64,000 nucleotides of DNA, taken from NCBI RefSeq assembly GCF_036365525.1, contig NC_090406.1, positions 5,765,394 to 5,829,393 of the forward strand. The letters run 5' to 3'. Position 1 is the stretch's first letter, and each line of letters starts with the position of its first letter. Shown here in pieces: positions 42,601 through 55,500 of the stretch. The DNA comes from Heterodontus francisci. Taxonomy: Eukaryota. The notes under the pieces are model-generated. The model had not been told where the DNA came from. It searched no databases and was given only the letters and a program-made list of their open reading frames with translations. Both the position numbers and the translations under genes were made by a program.

Positions 42601-45600
42601 AATTCGAGCGTACTTTGTTACAAGTACAATTATCTTTTGAGGCCTATAACAACCTCTCAATGCTCACATGGGAGCGTCAATAAAGCTTATTATCCCATCA
42701 GATTGTAGTCGTCATATAGGTAATGAAATATCAAAAGTCATAATTTGTCTAAAGTTGCTAATAATTTTTGTTGTTGAATACACCCATCTTAATCAGAGTG
42801 CTCTGTAATAACATGGCAGGCAAATAAATTGGTTTGGACCTTCTGTAAGATGCTGCATCATCCTGTTTCTCTCTCCCTTGCCTCCCCAGTCCCCAAATCT
42901 GCTTCAGCTTGCAAATATTCAGCAGGGCATTTTCCTGTCCAAGATTTTTCTTTGTAAGGAACAGGTTTATATAAAAAAAAATTCTACCTATTGACTTGAC
43001 CACTGCGATGAAGGTTAAGGTATTATCATGGTTTGGTCACATGGCTGTTGCACATCACATAGTCGAAGACCTCATTCAAAAACAAATTAGTGGCAAAGAC
43101 TAGAATATTTGGCGGTGGGGGAGGGGGAGCAGGGAATGGGAAGGTTGTGGGAACTGTAGCTGTCCTTAGAAATGGAGGAAAACCCACAATCCTGTTGGGA
43201 TGATATACATTGCGATTATTTTTCAATAGACACCCTACGAGATGTCATATCACACTGATAATGGAGTGGGAGGGTCACTTCCATTGTACAACTTCAAAGT
43301 GAGAAAGGAGGAGGAAAAAAACTGACCCACCATATAGTAGAGGGTCATTCATCTTTCTTTCCTCATGCAGTGGATTGATTACCCCTTGCCAGGGAAAAGA
43401 ACAGTGGCCATCAGTTTTACAAAAAGGCACCCATGATGAATGTAATCTCTCTCTTCTCTCCTCTCCCCATCCCTTAATACAAAAAAAATCTTTTTCCACA
43501 ATACAGACAGCAAAGTTGAATAAAGTTTACACTCAGAATAAAACAGGGCACATTACAGAAAAATAAAATGGCACGTTAAAGGAGGTCCAGATGTTACCAG
43601 CAGAGGTTCAATCCTTGTGATAGCTCACAAAGGGCAGTGGGGGGACTGCAGTTGGTGATTTATTTCTCCTTCATCAAAACTCCATTTGGCTATCGTTTAT
43701 TTTCTTGGTTTAGAGAAAATAGAGTCTGGCATAGGAATCTCACTACAATTCGGACAGTGTTGCTCGGGGTGGTGGTGAAAAAATGGTCATTCTGAAAGTA
43801 CAGCATGCATACTTAGAACATTTTCAAAAGAGGAAGCAGTGATGGTGATGATCACTGGATTAGCCCAAGCTCGTTCCACTCCTGGAAATATTCTGTGCCC
43901 GATATCCATCAAAAAGCAAGAACTGCACAAATGCAAACCGCAGCCGTAGCAATTCTGGATCATCAGTAATCTGGTTTACAAATCCTTTGCCCCCAAGCCC
44001 TAGGCAACACAGGGCGTCAGATTCTAACCTAAATGAACGTCCAGATTAAGGAAATAACTTTGAACCCAGGATCAGAAAGGTCTTTTTTTGTTCCTGTTTT
44101 TTTTCTCTCCTCTCCCGAAGGCTCTGGTAGTGCACTTTTTAACAGGTGCTGCACACCCTTTAGCAGCTCAAACTGGCACTGTTTTTTCTGTGAATGTCCA
44201 CAGTGAGAGACTATTTGAATTCAGAGGACAAAGTGGAGGTGAGTCATGTCCTTATCCAGATGGACACAAACACTTTCCAGCAACAGAGATTATTCATCAG
44301 GAGAGGGAACTCTGGCTGGATTTCCCCTCTTCCCAAGGGTGCTGAGGTAAACTGCAACATCTTAAACACCCTCCATGCTTGTAGGCATCAGCTAAACCAA
44401 AGATTGGAAATCGAATCTGGAGTCTATATGGCACAGTTTAGAAGTTCCCTTTATCAAATCACAAAGCAGAGGTTAAAGTCAGGGTGAAGTCAGCCAATTG
44501 GTTTATAATGAAGCCTCCAACCAGGTGCCCTCATGGCTAAATACAAGGCCGGTGTAAAATTCCAGGTGCCTCTGGAATCCACTACCATAATAGATTAAGT
44601 TTGCTGCGGGACTGAAGCTGGAGACAGCACAGAGTAAACTAGCCAGAAATCATCCTCTAAAGCTTGATCTGTAGTTGCAGGAGCAACACCATGCAGCAAC
44701 TACTTCAAATCCTTTCAAAGTGTCCCATCAGTGTGAAAAGCTGTGAACTGGACCAGTTCAAAGTTGGATAAACTTAATCTGAATAGGCAGCTTGTTTGAG
44801 ACAGGAGCCTGTATAAACAACTCCAGATCTGTCAGGATTCAGTTCGGTGCAATGCAAACCTCAGAGAATGACACTTTGTACTGCAGGTTGATTAGGATGC
44901 ACACTTGCGCCCCAAACTCTCCAGAGCGGAGAGAGTTTGTCCTGCTTCAAGTAAACAAGGCAAGAAAATAACGAGAGAGCATGTTAGGGTCTGATTGAGC
45001 TGCTCTTCAGTCCTTGGACTAGCAAAGAGCTTTCATGGTTGGGGAACATGATGTGATACCAGAGCAGTCATGTTCATGACCAAGAGGACAACTTGCTCTT
45101 TATTGATGGCCGAATTCAGGGCCTCTCCTTAGGTAGGTGGTGATTGGCCTTTGAATTGATACTGTTCTGAGCCTTTCTCCTGCTCTCTAGCAGAAAAAAA
45201 GCCAACGAACTGTGGTTAGGAGGTGGGGCTGTCCCTGCTTCCATAAAGCAAAAGAATGCATGATTTTCAAGTAGAACAGTTGGTCTTGTAGAGTTATTCA
45301 CCCCCACCATTCTCTCTATGCAGAGGTAAGTACCTTCAGCAGCCTGTATAGAATCAAGAAGTCATTATGATGGAGAAATCACAGAAAACCCCCATATCCC
45401 ATCAGCAACAGGTACAGCACTGCCAAGTGTGGATCTCAGTTGCACTAAGAACCCAACAGAAAAAACAGCAAGGGTTAGGGTGGGAAGTGGAGGACAGGAA
45501 CTCAGGTCATCTTAGTACATGGCTGGGTGATCAGAGACTGGGACTTACATGTCAATTTGCTACATTTGAGAAGAATTAGTTGCTTATTCATGAGACCAGA

Positions 45601-46287
45601 AAGACAGGTTTCAGCGAATAGTTACTTCAAACCATCTCCCCACCTCTTTTGACTGAAGCTGCTTTTATACTGCATGACACCTGCAGTAAACTGCCATCAG
45701 ATCCCAGAATCACAGGTCTAGCAGATGGCTGCAAACTCAATTTAAAATCACCAGTATTCACAAAGTCGGTCAGCCAGAAAACCCAATTTTTTTTTTTTAT
45801 ACATTTGTTTAAGTGGACCATCCTTGCTGCTGATCGCTGCAAATCCTGGCAGTGTTACATGTGGCTTACTGTCATCCATGCAATACCAGGAAACGATAGC
45901 ATCAAAGCAGTTTTGAAAAAACTCGGGTAGAAGTAGCACAGCAATTTAACAACTGATAATGGACTTTTGCTGCCTTGTGCAAGACGCCAGAACAGGGAAG
46001 AGTGACATCCTGTAATCAAGAAACTCTGGAATTGTACCAACTGCTGTAAACTATCCAAGAGCATCCAGACTCCAATAAGCCAATCAGGAGGTGGACCAGA
46101 AAGTGGTAGGAAAGGAATTGTTTTTAAACACAAATTTTAAAAAGACAAGAGACAAACCTTTAAACTTCCAAAAATTCAGAAAGAAAAATGTCAATGTTAG
46201 TATTCCCGAAATGAAACCTTGGCTTCACAGCCATGCCTGATCTCTAACTCCATCTCCAGCTACCCGACAGTGGGCAGCTCTTGGCCA

Positions 46288-46500
46288 TCATACACAACTG
46301 TCTTGTAATAGAGGCTCCTTGCCATCAGGGCTCGCGCTCTGCGTGTTGTGAGTGAGACCCTGGGACCCGTTATTGTGCTTCTTCCAGCTGCCGGAACGCA
46401 GAGGGAGGCCGCTGTGCTCGGGGATGAATAAGGCGACCAGCAGAGACAGCAAGACCGAGCACGCGCCAAAGAGAAAAGGAGGTCCTGGGATTATGGTACT
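46288..46500 (-). CDS. mfsd14a: MFSD14-family last coding exon
   Basis: TTCTCAG acceptor; STIIPGPPFLFGACSVLLSLLVALFIPEH...KEPLLQDSCV; TGA at 46290-46288. Confidence 0.95.
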   Translation of the reverse strand, partial: STIIPGPPFLFGACSVLLSLLVALFIPEHSGLPLRSGSWKKHNNGSQGLTHNTQSASPDGKEPLLQDSCV

Positions 46501-49500
46501 CTGAGAAGCAGAATAAGGGAGAGAAAAAAAAATATAAGGGATGAGTAAAGTCATAAACTTGCAAGCTTGCAAACTAATTTAACTCAAGGACAGTTTATTT
46601 TTCAAACATTCGAGGAAGGATTTCACATAAGGCAACTTGTCTATTTTAGATCAAAATGATGTGCACCAGTGTTTATGTCCAATGAAGAGGAAAATTAGGA
46701 AGCTTACATGTATATAGCACACTGTTTTAGGTGTTAAGAATTACTCTGAACTATGCTATGTATGGCAATATGACAGCAATGTTGTCCATTATCAGCTCCC
46801 ACAAATAGTTACGAGGTGAATAAACTCGATGATCTACTTTTAGTGATGTTGGTTGAGGGAGGTATGGATTTCAAGGCACCTGCCTTCAGCTGCCCAGGCC
46901 CTAAGCTCTGGAATTCCTTCTCTAAACTTCTGCACCTCTATTTCCTACTTTGAGACAGATGCTTTTAGTCACCTGTCAAAATATCTCCTTATGTGTCAAT
47001 TTTTGTTTGGTTACACTTCTGTGAAGTGTGTTGTGATGTTTTTCTACATTAAATGTAATAGAAAATGCAAATTGTTGTCGTTGCTCTTCCATCAATATTT
47101 AACATCCATCTGAACAGGCAGATTTGGGCCTGAATTTAACGTCTCATTAGAAAGATGGAAACTTCAACAACGTAACAAAAGTCATTGGCATCCCACAGAT
47201 CACAAACAGGCTCAACGCTGGACATACAGCTTCCTAATGCTCAGGTCAGAATAGCTTTGGACCTTGTGTGGTATAGAGCCATACAACAGAGGGGGTGGCC
47301 CTTCAGCCTATCTTGCCTGTTCCAGCACTTTGATAGAGCGATCCAATTAGTCCCACTCCCCCTGCAAATATTTATTTTTCAAGTATTTATCCAATTCCCC
47401 TTTGAAAGCTAGCATTGAATCGGCTTCCTCCACCCTTTAAGGCAGTGTATTCCAGATCACAACAACTTACTATGTGAAAAAATTGATCCTCAACTGCCCT
47501 CTGGTTCTTTTGTCAATTACCTTAAATCTGTGTCCACTAGTTATCAACCCGACAGTGGAAGCAGTTTCTCCTCATCTACTCTATGGAAACTCTTGATAAT
47601 TTTTAACACATGTATTAAATCTCTCCTTCCTTGCTATGAGGAAAAAACCCCAGCTTCTCCAGTCTCTCCATAAAACTGAAGTCCCTCATGGCAGGTACCA
47701 TTCTAGTAAATCTCCTCTGCACCCTCTCCAAACTCTTGACATCCTTCCTGAAGCACAGTGTCCAGAATTGGACACCATATTCCAGCTGAAGCCTAACCAG
47801 TGCTTTAAAACATAACTTACTTAGCTTTTGTACTCTATGCCTCTATTTATAAAGCCAAAGATCCCAAAAGCTTTTTGAAACAGCATCAACGTCGGTTGAC
47901 TGACTCATGGAGGTACTCTAGGGAGCTGGGCCCACACAAAAAATTGTTTCTTTACCTCATCAGTGGGATTCTGCATGTTTCCTTTTGGAACTTTGCCTGG
48001 GTTGTCAACCTCTCCCATTCCATTTAACTCCACGTGAAAAAGGTAGAATACAAATCCGTATAAAGCTGGACCAAGGCCATTGCACAATCCACGGATTCCA
48101 GTGATCATTCCTTGCACAACTCCTGTAGAAAAAAGGAAAGACCGGCTCAAACGTAAATCCTCTAAAATGAAGACTTCACATTTTAACTGTTCCTAATCGA
48201 TCAAGGATTGAGCAGATGCAGTAAATTTACTCTTGCTCAAGGTAAAATTAAAAACAAACCGTATATGAACAATGAAAACTCTTTTAGAATTGCAAGTGCC
48301 AATCAGGTGCCCCCTCCACTCATGACCTGGCGACACTGGAGGTTCACTGGGAAATGGTTCAAGTGCCAGTTGCCCGACACTACCTCACTGAAGTGAGCGT
48401 GGGCAAGCACGGACAGGTTGTAGCTGCTGGCATTTACAGCTCCTCTAGACCCTTTTTAAAATTTGTTTTATCCAATTATCACCCCCTTTTGCCTTGCACC
48501 ATCATCTCTTTTGTCATTTAATCACTCCTGCCATACTCCCCATCAGAGCTTCACTTTCGCTCTTCTCCCTGCATGTGCTTGCTTAAAACCCATCACATCG
48601 CTAACTTTTTCCAGTTTTGATGAAAGATCGACTTGAAACATTAACTGTTTTCCTCTCCACAGATACCACCTGACTGCAGTATTTCCATCATCTGCAAAAT
48701 TTTGCTTTTGTATTAATTATTGACAGGCAGTATAGCTATTAAATGCGCGCACACACACACCCAGCTCTGGCTGATACCTTCCTTCTCCCCCTCACCCACC
48801 CACACCCCTCACAATGCAGAGGCCAATTGTAGTGCATTAGATGTTGAGATCAGCTTATGCAATAAAGGCATTCGACCAGAGACTTGCTGGTCTGTGTAGC
48901 TTTAGTTCATTGACTCAGTGATCCAAAACAGAAGTCCTACAGGAAATGGCAACTCATTCACCCAGTCACAAAGTGGGCATTTGGAGACAGGAACAGCAAA
49001 TTCACCCACAACTGATTGCTTATAGCATCACAACAACGGCTGTTATTCAGACTGCAATTTGTGGGAAGGCTTAAAATCATTTTGCACCTGCTATACACGG
49101 TGTATGTTTGAGAAGGGGGGGGAAGAAGGCCTACCTTGCTGATCTGGATCGGCGTTCCTGGAAACAAGGGCGCTGACCGCTGGGAAGGTGATGCTGGACA
49201 TGGCAGCCACGGCTCCTGCTGCCCACATCATCCTGCAAGACCAACAAGTAAACACTCGGTGTCAACATATCAGTGGCAGTAACTGGTTTTCCTGGCTGTG
49301 TTTTACAGTTCAAGCACCCTGCAGTTGAGAACTGGCAACATGGCAGACTTTTGAAAATGCAGGTGCACCATTGGAATAAGGAAGCTGGTTTCAGTAGTCT
49401 AAGTGGAGGGCATCAGTTCCCACTGCACTGTGCAAATACACCTCCACTATTGCACAAGTGTAGTGGGAACTATGCCCTCCACTTAGACCACTGAAACCAC

Positions 49501-52500
49501 AGCCACTGTATCCGACTGAAAAGTGAAATGATAAAGCACCAGAGGGCATCCTATCCATTTGTATTCATCAATGGCTCCAAGAGTAGGAAATAGGCAACAT
49601 AAAAGCACCAATTGGAACTTTAGCAGCCAACCTTAAAACACCAGATTATGTGCTTACAGATCTACCACGTATCACTGACCACAACTGACATCATACATTC
49701 ATTTAAAAACTATTTTGATGGAAACTTAAAAATTAAAAAACAGTTCCATTTGTTTAAAGAGGTTTGCAAGCTTTGCTGTTCTCGTAGTTGTAAATAAAAC
49801 TCCTAACTTCCCCAACGTTTGCTGCTCTGCGTACAGTAAGAAAACAATTTAGGCACGCTCATTTGTTCTAGTTACTTTCTGTTCAGCTAGTCATACCTCA
49901 TCATTTTAATTCCGTACAGACAGCTGGGACTACACCAGAGACTGCAGACTAGCTGAGCTTATAACCAGTCAGCCGTGACTTAAGCTGCACCCAATAACAC
50001 CTTGAGATTTTTAAAGTTGCCATGGCAAATGTTCTCAGGCAATTTTGCTTCATTATGTTCTTTGACCTCAGAGGAAAAGGTTATGAGCAAGTGGCTATGG
50101 CAGTGCCAAGAAGTCAGATGTGAAAGGAGATGAAACACAGGTTGAGCTGTTTGGGGAGGCAAAAGTGCTTTGCGTTCAAATAGACTAGAGGCTAACTAGT
50201 TTGTTGTTAAGCTTAGTGAATGTTTTATTTTGGTATCCTATTTCAGAAGGAGCAGAGATGAAGAAGAGCTCAGAGTGCCCTGAATGTTGGAATCTGGTTT
50301 AGTCTGGCAGCAGCTGGACTCAGGGCTGTTTCTACTTCACCATCACCTTTCTAGAGTATTTCAGCATTTGCTCCTGTGCAAGAAAAGTTTTGCCATTTTA
50401 TCACTCAGTCAACACATTTTCTGCCTCTGACATGCTGCTTTAAAAAAAATTAGTTTTTAATATCTTTGGGCCACAATTTGCCTCCTGAATAAAACACTAG
50501 TTGCTCTATGGGGCCTCTTCCAGGAAATCATTCTTTACATGCTACCCCAGCCACTCAGCATTAGTAGGCTATTCAACTGCAGGGAGCATCACACATCCAA
50601 GTCCTCAATCAATGCCCACATGCATTCGCACTTTTCAACAGGGGTCACTGGATATCGTTCAGGTGCAGGAATCCAACCTGACTTTCCCCTCAACACAGGC
50701 TCACTAAAGCCCAATCCTAGCTCCTCTATTTTTCCCAGGGAAGATCAGCTAACTTAACAGATCAAACATTGAAACTGGGACCATCGGGGTCACTGTGGCT
50801 TAGCTACTCACTCCTTAGACCATCAGGTGAGCAGTACTCATCATTAAAGCAGTGTCCGGCCACTGCTCAATGCCAGAAACCCCCTCTCAATCTCTAGACA
50901 AACATCTTTAATATAATTTTCACTTATTTTCAGACATAGAATCATATAGCTCAAAAGGTGGCAACAAAAGTTACTATTGAATCTGCTTCCACCACCCTTT
51001 CAGGCAGCGTATTCCAGATATAACAGTTCACGGCGTGAAAAAAAATTCAGCTCCCCTCTGGTTCTTTTTCTAATTAACTTGAAACTATGTCCTATTACTG
51101 ATCCTCCTGCCAATGGAAACCATTCTCCTTCACACACTGAAATTTTAAAACAGCTTGACTGAATCTTTCTTTGACTTTCTCTGCTCCAAAGTGAAAAATT
51201 CCAACTTCTCTAGTATCTCCACATAACTGAAGTGCTTCACCATTGGTACCATTCTAGTAAATAGAATATAGGAGGCCATTTGGTTGATTGAGCCTGCATC
51301 AGCTCTTTGAAGAGCTATCCATTAGTCCTACTCCCCCAGCTCTTTTTCCATAGTCCTGCAATCTCCTCTGCACTCTCTCCACACAGTTTCCTGTAACTTA
51401 TAATTCTAGAAAGGTGTCTCTCATCTCCATGGAAATTCTAAACTAGCAAAACTGAAGATTATTTGCATATGCAGGGCATCTTGCACTGAAAAACTATTGA
51501 GTTATAAACAGGATACTAGCAGCTGCCTGGAGCAAGAGTCCAGAAACAGCAGCCATAGTCCTAAATGGCTGACCCCTTATCCTGAGATGAGAAATTTCTT
51601 GCATAGCAACAGAGGAACAGGAGGAGGCCATTCAGCCCATCGAGCCTGCTCCACAATTCAAAACAACCATGGCCGATCATCCACTTCATTGCATTTTTCC
51701 CCACACTAACCCCACTTCCCTTTGTGTCACTGGTATTTAGAAATCTGTCAATCTCTCCTTTAAACATACTCAATGACTGAGCTTCCACAGCCCTCTGGGG
51801 TACAGAATTTCAAAGATTTACAACCCTCTGAGTAAAGAGATTTCTCATCTTGGTCCTAAGTGGCTTCCCAATTATTTTGAAATTGTGCCTCCTGTTCTAG
51901 ACTCCCCAACCAGGGGAAACATCTACTCTGTCGATCCCTTAAAGTATTTTGTAGGTTTCAATGAGATCACCTCTCATTTTTCTAAACTTCAGAGAATACA
52001 GGCCCAGTTCCCCCAATCTCTCTTCATTGGACAGTCCCGCCATGCCAGGAACAAGTCTGGTGAACCTTTGTTGCACTCCCTCTATGGCAATAATATCCTT
52101 CCTAAGGTAAGGGGACCAAAACTGCACACACTACTCCAGGTGCAGTCTAACCAAGGTTCTGTACAATTGAAGACTTCGCTACTCCTGTACTCAAATCCTC
52201 TTGCGATAAAGGACAACATACCATTAGCCTCCATAATTGCTTGCTGCACCTGCATGTTAGCTTTCAGCGACTTACTGACGAGGACACCCAGGTCCCTTTA
52301 TACATCTACTCTTTCTAATCTGCTACCATTTAAGAAATAGTCTGCACATCTGTTCCTCCTACGAAAATGGATAAACACACATTTTTCCCACATGATACTC
52401 CATCTGCCATGTTCTTGCCCACTCACTAAGTCCGTCCAAATCCCCTAGAAACCACTTTGCATCTTCCTCACAACACACATTCTCACCTAGTTTTGTGTCA

Positions 52501-55500
52501 TCCACGAACTTGGAAATACTACATTTGGTCCCCACATCCAAACCATTGATATATACTGTGAACAGCTGGGGCCCCAAGTACTGATCTTTGTGGTACCCCA
52601 CTAGTCACAGCCTGCCAGTGTGAGAATGACCCATTTTTTCCTAATGTTTTCTGCCTGTTAACTAATCTTTAATCCATGCCAGTATATTATCTCCTATCCC
52701 ATGTACTTTAATTTTGCTAACCAAACTCCTGTGGGGGACTTTATCAAAAGCCTTTTGAAAATCCAAGTGTACTACATCCACTGACTCCCCTTTATCAATT
52801 CTGTTAGTAACATCCTCAAAAAACTCCAACAGGTTCGTCAAACAGGATTTCCCATTCATAAATCCATGATGATTATGCCCAATCAGATTATAATCCAAGT
52901 GTCCATTTATCACATCCTGTAGAATAGATTCTAGTATTTTCCCTACTACTGACGTAAGGCCAACAAGTCTTTAGTTCCCGGTTTTCTCTCCCCCTCCCTT
53001 CTTAAATAGTGGGGTGACATTTGCTACCTTCAAATCTGCAGGAACCGTTCCAGAATCTATAGAATTTTGGATAATCCCCAATACATTCATTATCTCCATA
53101 GCTACCTCTTTCAACACTCTGGGGATGTAGAATATCAGCTCCCAGGGACTTCTCAACTTTCAGCCCCATTAATTTCTCCAATACAACTTCTTACTAATAC
53201 TACTAATTTCCTTCAATTCCTCATTCTCCCTAGTCCCTTGAATCTCTAATTCTGGGAGATTTCTTGCATCTTCCTCAGTGACGACAGAAACAAAATAATA
53301 ATTTAGCTTCTCTGTAATTTCTCTATTCCCCATTTTAAATTCTCCACTCAAGGGTTAATGAATCTTTGGAATACTCTAATCAGAGGGTTATGGATGCTCA
53401 TTGTTGAGTTTATTCGAGGCTGAGGTCGATAGATTTTGACTCAAGGGAATCAAAGAATTTGGGGTAAATAAAAACAAGAAATGCTGGAATCACTCAGCAG
53501 GTCTGGCAGCATCTGTGGAAAGAGAAGCAGAGTTAACATTTCAGGTCAGTGACCCTTCTTCGGAAGAATTTGGGGATCAGGCAGGAAAGTGGAGTTGAAG
53601 TCAAAGATCACGCATGATTTTTTGAACAGGCTTGAGGGGCTGGACGGCCTACTCCTGCTCCTATTTGTTATGAGTGATTCTTCAGAGGAAATAAATACTT
53701 ACCAGGGCTGAGACCCAAAACCATACCAAGCAAGCTGGAGAATCTGGAAGCCAAGGCCCAGGAGGATGGTGTTCTTATGCCCTATGGATCTCATCAGAAT
53801 ACCAAGCACCACAGTCTGTAAACCAAATACAAGTGAAATGAATGTTTCATCAGTAAAAGAAAAAAAATACATGTTGGAAAAACACAGTCGGCATCAGCAC
53901 ACAATCCTTATTTCCCTAACTCACTGTCATTTGCTGACAGACAGCTACTAGAATAGTTGTCAGACTGTAAGCATATTGCACTTAAAATGTTCCTACTTTT
54001 AAGTAGCAAGCACTTACTTGAGCTAAAATGGAAAGGATTCCTACAACTGCAATAAAGGCAGCTACAGTTTCTGAGGAAAATCCAATAACCTAGAGAACAC
54101 AAAAGTGTACAATAAATAGAAGAAAGGGTCGGGTATAAAAAAAATACACACATCTTAAAGTATTTACAGCTTAAACAGGCCATTCAGCCCAACAGGTCAT
54201 TGCTGGTGTTTACGCCACACAAGCCTCCTCTCGTCTTCATCTAAGCCCATTAACACATCCTTTTATTCATTTCTCCCTTGTGCTTATCTAGCTTCCCCTT
54301 AAATGCAACTATGCCATTTGCCTCAACTACTCCTTGTGGTAGCGAGTTACACATTCTAACCACATCTTATGTGGAATAACATTGCAGAAGATCACTCTGC
54401 AATCAGAACCCCATTTCAGCCTGAGAATAAATGCTCAGGAGAATACAGAGGAAGTTATAAACCCAATAATGCGAGGGAGCTGAATTCTCAGTCGAGATGT
54501 AACTGCGAATCCAGAGTTGGTCTGGGCTCAGAATCCATAACATCAAACACCCCAGCCTACTTGGGAGGAGGTGGAGCCACTACACGGGGGACTAAACTTC
54601 CCCATTTTTAAAATAAAATGTTTAAACTCACCCTAGTCCAGGAATACTGCCAACTGTCAATTATGACTATTGGGCCAAGTGCTGGAAAATGGGATTAGAA
54701 TAGGTAGGTGCATGATGGCCGGCACGGACATGATAGGCCGAAGGGCCTGTTTATGAACATAACACAAGAACATAAGAACTAGGAGCAGGAGTAGGCAATT
54801 CAGCCCCTCGAGCCTGCTCCGCCATTCAATACGATCATGGCTAATCTCATCTTGGCCTCAACTCCACTTTCCTGCCCGTTCTCCATAACCCTTCAACCCA
54901 TTTCGGTGCTGTATAACTCTATGTCACACCCTTCCTACTAACCAGAGATCAGGAAACTTAGCACACAATGGGAATTGAACTCAAGTTACACACAGAGTTA
55001 GCAAGGAAGTGCTGACTGTTTTTAAATAACATAGTACTTCTCGGAAAAAAGGGAAGAACTTGCCCTTGTAGAACATCCTTCATATTTTCAGGACATCCCA
55101 AATTGCTTAACAGCTAAGGAGGTACTTGGAAGAAACTTATGGGTAAACATGGCAGCTGATCTGTGCCCAGCAAGGGTCCGAAGACAGTAGTGAGATGAAT
55201 GACCAGCTAATCTGTTTTTGTTTGAGGAAGAAATGTCGGCCAGAAATGGGAAAGGGGCCTTGCTATTCTTCATTACTGCCATCGGCTCCTATGTCTACCT
55301 GAACAATGAGACGAGCGGTCATCAAAAAAAGTCACCTCCACCAATGCAGCACTCACTCCCCTCAGACCTGTATTAAAATGTCATCCAGGATTGCATATGC
55401 AGAATAGGGACTTGAATCCACAAGCTTCTTACCCACTGAACCAAGCCCTCACAAAAGGAAGAAAAACAAAGGCTACCTGTAGTCAGACAGACAGACAGGA

